In this document: positions 52,861 through 64,000 of the stretch, in pieces | Layout of the letters: every line of letters begins with the position of its first letter | Numbering within the stretch: the stretch's first letter is position 1 | Assembly: GCA_951406725.2 (NCBI GenBank) | Contig: OX597817.1 | Coordinates: forward strand, 24,056,001 to 24,120,000 | Length of the DNA stretch: 64,000 nucleotides | Reading direction: 5' to 3' | Source of the DNA: Octopus vulgaris | Lineage: Eukaryota | Position numbers and translations under genes: made by a program | Notes under the pieces: model-generated | What the model saw: the letters and a program-made list of their open reading frames with translations, nothing else | What the model was told of the DNA's origin: nothing | Databases searched by the model: none

Positions 52861-53474
52861 ATTAGCCATGTAAAGGATAAACCTGTATGTATGTATGTAT
52901 GACAGCGATCTTACTTAGCTGGATGTCAGTGATTATGGAAAAAAAAAAACCCACCTCCACCATAAAAATGATAGGCAGCACAAAACAGATAAGATTGGTG
53001 AGGAGGAACAATTTCTTCAAATTAAAAAGATATTCCACCTCAGAAAACAATGAAGATGAAGAGATGAAAGAAAAGCTGAGATCAAAGAAAAGCCAAACCA
53101 ACAGATAATAGATAAAGTCATATATCTGTGATACCATGGATATTCTGATGAATTTACAATAACAAAGGCACAGTTTAGTTTCGAATACAGAAAACATGTA
53201 AAAATGTTATCTACTACATCCGTATTCATGTATACATAACAGAGAGAGAGAGAGAGAGAGAGAGTTCACTACAGTATAAACAAAAGAGACTTTAATTATC
53301 TGAAGCAGTGATACTCTTAAGACTTGGATGTTTTTCAGTCCCTTCAAACTCAAAAACTATTAGGTGCATAGGATGACAATACAAGTAATGGCAGGCAAGC
53401 AGTCAAGCAGGCTAAGCTGTAGAGTACTATAACCCAATCTAGTTAATAAGTTTTCATATTTTATTTCTTCTTAA

Positions 53475-54088
53475 CCTTTTTGTTACTGTATTTATTTTGA
53501 GATGCTCTGTGCTTCTTTCAATTACTTTAAATATAACAAAGAATTTAGTAAAATAGCTTAGTTAGGCACAGGAGTGTGTGTGGTAAGTAGCTTGCTTACA
53601 AGCCACATGGTTCCGGGTTTAGTCCCACTGCATGGCACCTTGGGCAAGTGTCTTCTGCTATAGCCTCAGGCCAACCAAAGCCTTGTGAGTGGACTTGGTA
53701 GTCGGAAACTGAAAGAAGCCCGTCGTATATATGTGTATGTGTGTGTATACATTTGTCCCCACAACATCGCTTGACAACCGATGGTGGTGTGTTTATGTCC
53801 CCATAACTTAGCGGTTCAGCAAAAGCGACCAATAGAATAAGTATTAGGCTTCAAAAAAATAAGTCCTGGGGTCGATTTGCTCGACTAAAGGCAGTGCTCC
53901 AGCATGGCTGCAGTCAAATAACTGAAACAAGTAAAAGAGTTTAAAGAGTAAAAGAGTATCATTCAGCTAGTGTTAAGAACATAAATTGCAACAAAGCTTT
54001 GGTGGAAGATTTTAATTCAAAACTTATGAAAACATGATATTTGTACTCAGAGCCAAGGGCGGTTTCAGCCAGTTTGGTAATGAAAGGG
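53475..54088. mobile_element. piggyBac-type MITE hosting a SINE
   Basis: TTAA-cctttttgttac ... gtaatgaaaggg-TTAA. Confidence 0.75.
53564..53958 (+). mobile_element. SINE family A nested in the MITE
   Basis: Family consensus. Confidence 0.9.
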
Positions 54089-54967
54089 TTAAAGATATCT
54101 CATTTTAATTACCGTGTTTTATCATACACCTTTATTTCCATGCAAATATTTATGTTTCAAAATTTTGGTTCGTATATTTATGTACAGTGTAACATCTTTC
54201 ACTTCACTTCTTATTTTTTCATAACTTATCAGTCCCACACCATTTATTTTCTTTGTAAGCCCTTTGGTTAATGTTTTTTCACATCTCTAAAGGATCTTGT
54301 GGCTAATAAATAAAGATCATCACCAGCATTGTCTTCAATTGCAGTTATTACTTTTTCTCTATGTACACATATTCACATTTAATAAATAGAAACATATTAC
54401 TTTAATATTCCTTCTTTCTTAATCATTTTTTCTTAATATTTTATTTTAATCTATTTTGAAAACATTCATAGATAATTTCTGATTGAAATTCTTTAATTAA
54501 TAATTATGGATAAATTTATCTCCATTTTGGAAGGAAATTCTATGAAAAAACAATGCATAATTTCGATTCAATAGTGTGTTTTAATTACTTTAGACTTTTA
54601 TCATTAATCTCTAATGAAGAATTTATCGTAAAATAACAAAGAATTAATGGTTGTTACAATTTCCCATATTTTGACATATTAATTTTAGTTTGTTTCCTTT
54701 CACTGCTTTTATTTTGTTGGGGAAGGAAAAGATGTAACAATGATTGTTAATTATGCACTGGAAGAACAACAAATAGTAAAATATATCAATAATTAAATAT
54801 ATCAATAATTTCATTGATGTATTTAATAATATATTTAGCATATCCATAATCTTAAAGAAACAACATTTTACTTATAACAAGCTTTGTATCCCATGTTGCA
54901 TTTACTTGGTATATGACTATTGAATAGGTTAAATCAGTCTAGCAGCACCAATCAGCTTGCAAGCATT

Positions 54968-55120
54968 TATGGGCGTAGCCATGCCTGTGTGGTTAAGAAA
55001 TTGATTTTGCCATTGTGTTTAGGTTCAATCCCATCATGTGGCATTTTGTGCAAATGTCTCTTATGAGGAACCCAATTCTTGTGAATAAAATTTTGAAGTT
55101 TTAAATTGTACAGAAGCTTG
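54968..55120 (+). mobile_element. Degenerate SINE family A 5' part
   Basis: tgtggttaagaa..ggttcaatccca..gtggca..gcaaatgtct. Confidence 0.55.
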
Positions 55121-55384
55121 CTGGTTGGACTCAAGCTGTTTTGAGTTAAAAGATTTACATTTGGTACCATCACATTCTTTTAGTTGCCTTTAGCAGAGTC
55201 ATCTCTGTGACAAGCATTCCTTATTTGGTCTTTTGTCAAAAGATATCAAGATTTTTTTCTCTGTTTTACTTAACCAATCTTAGAGGCTTGGAAACAGTCT
55301 CCCCACTGATTAAGTAAAATAAAAAAAAATATAGTATATGAAATGGAATATGAACATATTTTCACTCTTGCTCTTTGTATTTAT

Positions 55385-56319
55385 ATTAGGTCATCAAGTA
55401 TGAAGTTTGTAGAAAGGAAAAAAGTTTGCTAATGTTTTATAAATACAAGGACTAATTTTATTCACCAAAGTATGCACCATATTGTCAATACACTTTTACC
55501 ATTTCAGCAGTAGTTTGTCTAGCCTGGAACTGTAAAAGCCTGGCAATCTAGAGTCAATAAAATCTTGGAAGGTGTTTTACAGAATCGTTGGAATTAAATT
55601 TTTCTCCTATCAAAAATTATCCACATTCTGGAAGAAGTGGTAGTCAGTGGGATCAAGATCAGGTGTGGATGGTGGATGATGGAGAACTTCCAACTCCAAC
55701 TCCTCTAGTTTCACCAATGTTGTTTTTGTGATGTGTGCTCTGGCATTGTCTTGCAATAAAATAGGGGTGGATCTGTTGATTAATCTAGGCTGTTTTTTTT
55801 GTTTTTTTGGTAAGTTTCTGTATAATTTGGTCCAGTTGGCTGCAGTATACTTCGGCCATGATTGATGAGCTAGGTTTAATGAAATCATAATGGATCATTC
55901 CTGCCAGACCTTCAAACACACACCATCAGCTACTTTTGATGAATTTTGCTTTTTGGACTGGATTTTGGTGGCTCGTCTTTGTCCAACCATTGTGTTGAAT
56001 GTTTACTGTTGTTGTATTGAATCCATTTCTCATCATATGTTACAATTCGATTAAAAAATTATTCATTTTTGTGACGATAAAGTAGCATAATGCAGGCTTT
56101 CATTGAGTTCATGTGGAACTGACTTATCCAACTTTTTTACTTTACCAATTTGAATTTGGTGAGTCAATATTGTTTGCTTGCTAACACCAAACAACAATGA
56201 TAATTCATGGGCATTTTGAGATGGATCTGACACAATGGTGGCTTTCATTTCGTCATTATCCACCTTTGTTTTTGGTCGACCGCATTGCTCATTTGTGAGG
56301 TCAAAGTTACCAGAACGAC
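55385..56319 (-). mobile_element. Decayed mariner transposon, 5'-truncated
   Basis: GNFDLTNEQCGRPKTKVDNDE..IGKVKKLDKSVPHEL and LLQDNARAH..VLHHPPSTPDLDPTDYHFF. Confidence 0.9.
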
Positions 56320-56510
56320 CTACATATATATGTATATATACATGCATATATGGATACAGGACATAAAAAAAACGTAGACAAAATGAGAAACGAGAACATA
56401 AAAACAAAAACATAGAAAACGAACTTTTTTTGAACAACGAAAATAACAAACAGAGAAACGAGACAGACAATATGAAGAACATTCCCTTCATCAGTTGCCC
56501 CTGTTTCATA
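56320..56510 (-). mobile_element. Second copy of the 6110-6340 repeat
   Basis: Minus strand reads gaaacaggggcaactgatgaaggg...tttttatgtcctgtatccatatatgc. Confidence 0.65.
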
Positions 56511-57346
56511 TACACACACACTTGTAAAATTAATTAGCATATACTCATGTAGACTCAAGCATGCATAAATATACATGGAAAAGTAGATAGATACTAATAT
56601 ACTACATCCGACGTTTTACAGTTCATTTCTGTGTATATCTCAGTTTTAGAACAAGTACATTGCATTCTCGCATGACGTAAGTGACGACTGAGAGAGATGA
56701 GGACAAGAACAGAATCCCGCCATAAAAACAATGTCACTTAAGAAACATCCAAGCTATGCTGGCATTGAGAAGTAGATGTAAAGTGTTGTTGTTATTGTTG
56801 TTGTTGTTGATGATGATGATGATGGTAGTGGTGGTGATGATGATGATGGCGATGGTGGTGGTGGTGGTTGTGGTGGTGGTGATGATGTTGATGTGTATAG
56901 CTACAGCAGTTAACCATTTTAAAGAATTATTCATTTACAGAGATCATTTTCAAGTCGTCTCATGATCAAGCCTTAATTTGAAGAACAGCTACACACTACA
57001 CAAGTAAGTAGTCATGTGAGTTAAATTTGGTAGAAAACCATGCAAAAACCTGTTGCAGTGATTGATTTTGTTCCTGTGGGTTAAAGTCAATACATCATTT
57101 ATCTTAATGCCACACCATGATTCTAGAATTCTAGAATTCCTTCCACACTGTACATACAGATGGATGTTACAGGCAGAACAACATTTTTTCTCTTTCTTAT
57201 CCATCTCAGACATCCTGAAAAGTATTATGGGTACTTCCCTTACTCAACTGACTAAACTTTTAAAAAATAATAATAACAGAATGACAATCTACTGGAGGTC
57301 AACTCTGATGTTGTTGACTGATTTTCATAACTTTTAAGTGAAAGCT

Positions 57347-57489
57347 AGGCACAGGAGTGGCTGTGTGGTAAGTAGCTTGCTTACCAACCACATGGTTCCA
57401 GTTTCAGTCCCACTGCATAGCACCTTGGGCAAGCCTTGTGAGTGGATTTGGTAGAAGAAACTGAAAGAAGCCTGTTGTATATGCGCATG

Positions 57490-57527
<38 letters not shown>

Positions 57528-57727
57528 TGTGAGTGTGTGTTTGTGTGTCTGTGTTTGTCCCCCAACATCACTTGACAACCGATGCTGGTGTGTTTGACAA
57601 AAGAAACCGATAAAATAAGCACTAGGCTTACAAAGAATAAGTCCTGGGGTTGATTTGCCCGACTAAAGGCGGTGCTCCAGCATGGCCGCAGTCAAATGAC
57701 TGAAACACGTAAAAGAGTAAAAGAGTA
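57347..57727 (+). mobile_element. SINE family A with two internal deletions
   Basis: Family consensus lacking the tgtcttct..ccaa and acgtcccc..ttc segments. Confidence 0.88.
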
Positions 57728-57937
57728 TAGATTTATTTTTTTCACTTTGAATCCTTTAAGAATAAGGAAGTAAAATAACGATTCATTTTCATTTTGATGA
57801 TGTGAATTCCAAAGCCAACAAGGGAGTCACTAAGTGGTTGCTTGACCTGTTTAAAAATAGTAACCAAATCTCACTGAAATGACACCTTACCATCTTAAAC
57901 AAGAAAGTCTCACAGATAATTTATTCCTACATAACTA

Positions 57938-58262
57938 TGGAAGGTGCATGGTTCAGTGATTAAAGCATCAGACTCACAATCATGTGGACTGGCCGTGTGT
58001 TGTGTTCTTGAACAAGATACTTTTTTTTCATGTTGCTGCAGTTCATTCAGCTGTAGAAATGAGTTGCAATGTACTGGTGCCAAACTGTATTGGGCCTTTG
58101 CTTTCTCTTGGACAACACTGGAAGTATGGAAAAGGAAGGCTGGTATACGTGGATCACTACTGGTCTTCCATAAACAACCTTACCTGGACTTGTGCCATGG
58201 ATGGGAATTTTCTAGGTGCAATCCCATAGTCATTCATGACCAAAGGGGGTCTTTACCTTCTT
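57938..58262 (+). mobile_element. tRNA-derived SINE, head Y plus tail Q
   Basis: Head tgtgttgtgttcttgaacaagatacttt resembles 46155, but the 3' half differs and ends gggggtctttacc. Confidence 0.65.
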
Positions 58263-58389
58263 ACATAGATATAAAAGAAAACCAGGATGGCGATGGCTAT
58301 ATTGTCTTTGAAGTTAGTCAATCAGAGCTAACCTGGCCTTAAACAAGGACACAGATTCTAGTTGAACAGTACAAGTGTGGTGATAAAAG

Positions 58390-58990
58390 GAGTACTGCTG
58401 GCTCCAAGAAGCAAAGGCCATTTTAGCAATAGCAGAAAAGACAGAGAAAAGACATCACATCTTTGAGCCAGAAGCTGAAGTGCATCTATGAGCACAGCAG
58501 CTGCAGCAGCAGCCGTCCAAGAATTTGGACCTGGAGATCTCCATTTCCAGCAACTTCGAGGGCCACCTCCCAGTGGTGTCGGACATCAACGAAAAGCCCT
58601 CGACTACAACAAGAAGACCAAAGTTGTTTTTTTTTCCCAAGGTCTGGGGTCTCCCACCCCTAAGCCCTAGACCATCACCTAATCACTCTTACCCGTCTTG
58701 TTACTTAACAACAACAGCAACAACAAACAGCAGCAGCAGCAGTACCAACAGCAGTAGTAGTAACAACAATAGCAGCAGCAGCATCCCGAATGTGAAAGCA
58801 ATACTCTATTGCTGGTTTCACCAGAGCATTATTGAGTATCAAGAATTGTTGGTGGCTGAAGTATGTTCTAATCCTACAGAGAAGGCCCACTCATTGTGAT
58901 TGGCGTATTAATGATGGTCTTTCTCCAGAAGAGATCGTTGGTGGTAATGAGATCCAACATTTGAAGAGATTGTTTGGGCTAAATATTTTC
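58390..58990 (-). pseudogene. Decayed CR1/Jockey-group LINE fragment split by the structured retroposon
   Basis: GLLCRIRTYFSHQQFLILNNALVKPAIEYCFHIRDAA, resuming as LQLLAQRCDVFSLSF..NGLC at 58400-58480. Confidence 0.7.
58513..58730 (+). mobile_element. Headless structured retroposon, copy 2
   Basis: Same 5' start (ccgtccaagaatttggacc) and (CAA/CAG)n tail as 32978; flanked by (CAG)n. Confidence 0.8.
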
Positions 58991-59789
58991 ATTACATTTC
59001 TGTTACCCGATCATTGACACATTTCCTCATAGTGGGATATATTCATGATTTACTAAATTTAGTCAACTGAAAGAAATCCTTTTGATCAACCATGTATTGA
59101 ATCCTGAATGTTAGATATGCTACCTTGATCATAATCTTCCTCATCAGAATCATCATTGTCAATTTTTCACGCTATGGTTTGCATTACAATATTGATACTG
59201 ATATGTATAGCTTTGATGAGATTTAATTCTCTTTATCTCATCCATATTACATCATTTTCTTTTCCATTTTCATTAATGGAAAATATGCTGTATCACTTCT
59301 AACCAACTTTTGCACAACCATATCATTATAAAATCTCGTCATGCTATATTTTAAAATTGCATCACCTTCAAATACTGATCCATTCAACAGAGTATTGATA
59401 AAATCCTAATAGCTATGTATCTCACAGTTTGGCATATCTGACAATTAACTTTTCATTTAACTCCTATATACACAGTTACATTGTGTCGTTCGTTTTTACA
59501 ACCCTTTCTAGGTTACCTGTGCATCTGTTATAATCATATTTATTGTTCCACTAAAGTATTACTCAATTACAAACTGTTCAGAATGCTTGTGCAATAGACT
59601 ATCCTTATTTCTGACTATACAGGAAAAATATTTAGGTAGATATGTGTTGAATCTGGTTCTATAAAATGTATTTTCCAAGCACTACTTCACATAATCTGTC
59701 TTACCTCAACTTTCAAAGATTTCAGATGGTAAACAGTGTGTTATTCATCATATATTATCTCATGTGATATCACTCTAATATATATATAC

Positions 59790-60745
59790 ACACACACATG
59801 TTAGAAGTAAATAGACACCCCCATAAAACATCGTTTTCTGTTTATTCTAACTTGTAAAGGTTTATATTTCTTATTAATTGACATTTTTATGTTTCAGATT
59901 CTCTATGTGACTGTTTAATCATGCCATGTACAAAAGAAGCCTTGGAACTGTCTGTATATCAAAGAGGCCATATTGTGGGTCATTCTGAAGGTGGATTTAG
60001 TCAGCGTAAAATCGCAGTCCCAGAAATGTCAGTCCCAGAACAGCTGTCAGGTATCTCCACAATCTTGGTTACTATTGCAGAGCAGGAAGAAGGAAGCCAC
60101 ATCTTTGACCAGCCAATAAGAAACAGAGAAAAGATTAGACCAGTGAGATGGTAGAGAGGCCATTAGCATGATGAGTCCAGATTTGCTGTATTTCCTAACA
60201 GTGGTCGAGTGTGGGTCTGGAGACTCTGTGATCAAGAACTTGATATGAAAAGATTGCAACCAGCAATGAAACACAGCAGCTATTCTGCGATGGTCTGGGT
60301 AACAATTTGGAGCAATGGTTGATCAGAGCTGGTAGAGTGTGAGGGAAAGATAAACTCAAATAAATATGTGTCCATATTGCAGAAAGGACTCCTTCCAAAC
60401 TTCTCCAGTGGTGAAATGATTAAAGAAGACTCTCTATTTATGAAAGATTGAATTCCTTGTTACACAGTTAAAAATGATCCAAGATTTGTTGGAAAAGAAT
60501 GGCATTAGAAAGCTTCCGTAGCTAAGCCAGTCACCAGATATGAACCCTATAGAACACCTCTGGGGCATAATGGACAGGACATTTCATAAACAGAGCCAGA
60601 AAGCATCTTCAAAACCAGACCTTTTGAGATTATCGCATGAAACTTAGCAAGAAATTCTACCAGAGAATATTCACCATCTGATAAGTAACATGCCTAATAG
60701 GGCCCTTGCATTGAAAAATGCAAAGAGCATTCTACTAAATATTAA
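59790..60745 (+). mobile_element. Decayed Tc1 (DD34E) transposon
   Basis: ELSVYQRGHIVG..FSQRKIA, DESRF..GRVWVWR, KINSNKYVSILQKGLLP, QSPDMNPIEHLWG and MPNRALALKNAK..STKY. Confidence 0.9.
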
Positions 60746-60819
60746 ATGTTCACATCATAACAACTAACAAATACACACACACATATATATTATGTATGTA
60801 TGTAAGTATATATGTCAAC

Positions 60820-60850
<31 letters not shown>

Positions 60851-61282
60851 CAGAGAGAGAGAGGTACAGACAAACAGAGAAGCAGTAATGTGTTCTATAA
60901 ATAAAGTGTAAGGTTAATAAGAAAAAAAAGTTCTTGACACCAATGATCTTTATAATATAGATCAACATATTCTTGTAGAGTCATCTACAATGCAATGTTG
61001 ATCTTCCATGTTTTTTCCAAAAATTATTAATAATCAAAATCAAAATAGTGCCTTTAATTTTTTATTTGTACAATTATACAGACAACTTCATTTTCTGTCT
61101 ACCAGCAACTGTATGTTTTACCTCAATTACCATTACCATTAAAATGGGCATTGATTTTTTACATAAATGTTCAGTGGGGTTTATTCCACAAGGAAGAATT
61201 TTTTGTAATATCTTTTGGGAATAAAGTTGAGATTTGGGGCGATTTAATTAGTTTCTATTTCAGTTGAATCTACTGACAGATA

Positions 61283-61375
61283 AATTGATGATGATAGTGG
61301 TGGAATAAGAATTGATGATAGTAGTGGTGGAATAAGAATTGATGATGGTAGTTGGTGGAATAAGAATTGATAATC
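61283..61375. repeat. ~27-bp minisatellite, about three copies
   Basis: aattgatgatagtagtggtggaataag repeated. Confidence 0.85.
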
Positions 61376-61543
61376 AAAGTTGCAACTGTAAGAATCATAG
61401 AGGTGGGCTTCTATATGGTCATTCAACCTGCTAGAAATAGTCATCTATTCTTCTTCACATCACAGCACGACATCTTAAAATGTAAAGAATGACTCATTGA
61501 ATAGTATAGTCCTACATACATTATGACAGAATAAAGGGTAGAA

Positions 61544-61782
61544 AATAAGGCGGCGAGCTGGCAGAAACGTTAGCACGCCGAGCGAAATGCATAACCATAT
61601 TTCATTTGCCATTATGTTCTGAGTTCAAATTCCGCCAAGGTCGACTTTCCCTTTCATCCTTTCGGAGTCGATAAATTAAGTACCAGTTACGCACTGGGGG
61701 GGTCGATGTAATCGACTTAATCCGTTTGTCTGTCCTTGTTTGTCCTCTCTGTGTTTAGCCCCTTGTGGGTAGTAAAGAAATA
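61544..61782 (+). mobile_element. SINE family B (Nin-like), full length
   Basis: Near-identical to 468-696. A 16-bp TSD agaataaagggtagaa lies at 61528-61543 and 61783-61798. Confidence 0.92.
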
Positions 61783-61974
61783 AGAATAAAGGGTAGAACA
61801 ATCGTGACTGGAATGCTTTTGATCATTTCTGCTTAAACATGACTAAAAGCATAAAGATATGATATAACAGTCTACTGCTAGTTGTACCCATCTTCATACC
61901 AAAAAAGTTATTTATCATACCACTGACTCGTTAATGGTGCTATGCTAATTTGACACAGGCCAGGTGCCTTGTCA

Positions 61975-62108
61975 ATCTCAATACCCATTTTTGCCAGCTG
62001 AGTGATATGGAGAAACATGAAGCAAAGTACCTAGCACAATGATACAACATGCCTCCCAGGCCAGGCATCGAAGAATCCAATTGCTTAACTATTATGCTAC
62101 ACACCTCA
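61975..62108 (-). mobile_element. Degenerate head-Y SINE fragment
   Basis: Minus-strand gttgtatcattgtgctaggtacttt..cactcagctggcaaaaatgggta resembles 46230-46300. Confidence 0.5.
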
Positions 62109-62132
62109 GAGCTAAAATGGAATTAAACAGTA

Positions 62133-62515
62133 TGCTAACCAGCCACATGGTTCCAGGTTCAGTCCCACTGCGTGGCACCTTGGGCAAGTGTCTTCTGCTA
62201 TAGCCCCGGGCCGACCAATGCCTTGTGAGTGGATTTGGTAGATGGAAACTGAAAGAAGCCTATCGTATATATATATATATATGTATGTGTGTGTATTTCT
62301 GTGTCTGTGTTTGTCCCCCTAGCATTGTTTGACAACCAATGCTGGTGGGTTTACGTCCCCATTACTTAGCGGTTCGGCAAAAGAAACCGATAGAATAAGT
62401 ACTGGGCTTGCAAAAGAATAAGTGCCGGGGTCGAGTTGCTCGATTAAAGGCGGTGCTCCAGCATGGCCGCAGTCAAATAACTGAAACAAGTAAAAGAGTA
62501 AAAGAGTAAGAGTAT
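62133..62515 (+). mobile_element. SINE family A, 5'-truncated
   Basis: Family consensus from gctaaccagccacatgg onward. Confidence 0.9.
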
Positions 62516-63673
62516 ACCCAATTCTACAATGAAGGCTTTCTGCCTAACTACATGGAGATAGATATATTCTTCAGTTATTTTATATAGCAGTGATATTCGC
62601 TATCAGCAATAACATTTCTGTGTAAATAATAAATACACTAAGCCAAATGACTTCATATCTGTATATCTGGTCTGAATTTTCTCCTTTACCACTTCTAAAA
62701 TAGCATGTGTTGTTTGGATAACCAATTTCCTCTTTTGAGTGCCCTCTGTGTTACATCTGGAATATTATAATATTATATTCCCCAAAATCGTTATTCAAAT
62801 GTCATATTTTTACATATTAGCATATCTTTGGCTTCAGATAGAACTCATAAACATTTTATTTATAACATGTAGTTCAACAATCTTATCTTTCTTACCACTG
62901 TCCCACCATGTTATCAACATACATTTGCTCTAGCTATATTCTATCTTTGTAATACAGACATACATTATCTGTATCTTTTTTTTTTTCTTTTAAATTTAAA
63001 TTTAAATTTAAAATCCTTCATTGTTTCTCTTCTGATGAATGTTTTTTTTATTTTTTATATTTCAGCATTCAAAAATGTTTAGTGAAGATTTAGAATCAGA
63101 TGGAAGAAATCGACAACCCTGAGTGAATGCAAAATTGAAATGTTAAATAGTGCTATGAAAATGAATGGTATAGAACTGACAGTCTTTACAATTCAAGAAA
63201 TTCTATAAATGTTTTGGAGAAGTAAAAAAATGTCTTTGAAGATAAAAACACTAGAAATAACATAAAAGGAAAATAAAACAGAAAAACGGGAAATTCTATT
63301 CTAATTAATATACAGATTTTTCAAAATAATTCTGAGTGAATTAAATGAATAAATAGATAAAGTACACAAAATTTTAGGAAAAAAAAAAATTAAAATATAA
63401 AAACAATAAACTTTGTATGGTAATATTTAAAAGTGACAGAATAAAAAAAGATCACTTTTCAATAAAATAAAAATAAAAATTTAAAAAGCATTGAAAATAA
63501 GATTTGAAAAAAAATAAAAACGGGAAGTAGAATCTTATTTGCAGCAAGTAATATTTAAATGAGGAAATCTAATTTTTGGACAATGAGAATTTAAAGTAAG
63601 TTTCTGTATTCTGAGTTAAGGCAAGCAGTTAAGTAAAATGTATTGCCTAGCAGGATTCTGTGAAAAAGAACTG

Positions 63674-63790
<117 letters not shown>

Positions 63791-64000
63791 GTAAAGAACT
63801 TTTTACATATATTGAAATGCGCAAGCTGGAAATGTATCAAATTTAAATGATAAATTCTGAAGAAATAATGTTATTGAATAACTGATATCACATCAGTTTA
63901 GCTAGTCTCTTGTTGTATGAGAAAAGCTCATTATGAGAGCCACAGCTAAGTGAGTTAATAGTGTTGTAAACATTCAAACAGTACTGTGGGCTTGGCAAAG

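Noticed and set aside
61283-61375. Short regularly spaced repeats (also 52787-52855) as a possible CRISPR-like array
   Set aside because: They are head-to-tail minisatellites without unique spacers, in eukaryotic DNA with no cas genes.

Overview
AT-rich animal genomic DNA that looks like octopod cephalopod sequence; this is inferred from the (AT)n/(AAT)n microsatellite load and the SINE families present. No intact host gene is supportable. The window is an intronic or intergenic mosaic of repeats. These include about ten copies of one tRNA-headed SINE, Nin-domain-like and Meta-domain-like SINEs with shuffled heads and tails, and decayed LINEs (Tx1/L1, CR1/Jockey-like, RTE-BovB, R4/Dong). It also holds Penelope-like elements with recognisable hammerhead-ribozyme folds, Helitron/Helentron derivatives, Tc1/mariner relics, and hAT, piggyBac and Merlin-like MITEs, many of them nested. 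Most long ORFs in the track are microsatellite artefacts or transposon fragments. The most interesting items are: a headless, highly structured ~210-bp retroposon found twice inside (CAG/CAA) microsatellites; an inverted pair of complementary-defective hammerhead ribozymes; a Helentron-like element carrying THAP-like cargo next to a 125-bp templated duplication; and a composite templated insertion at 42.6-44.2 kb. Coordinates were read by eye and may be off by a few bases.
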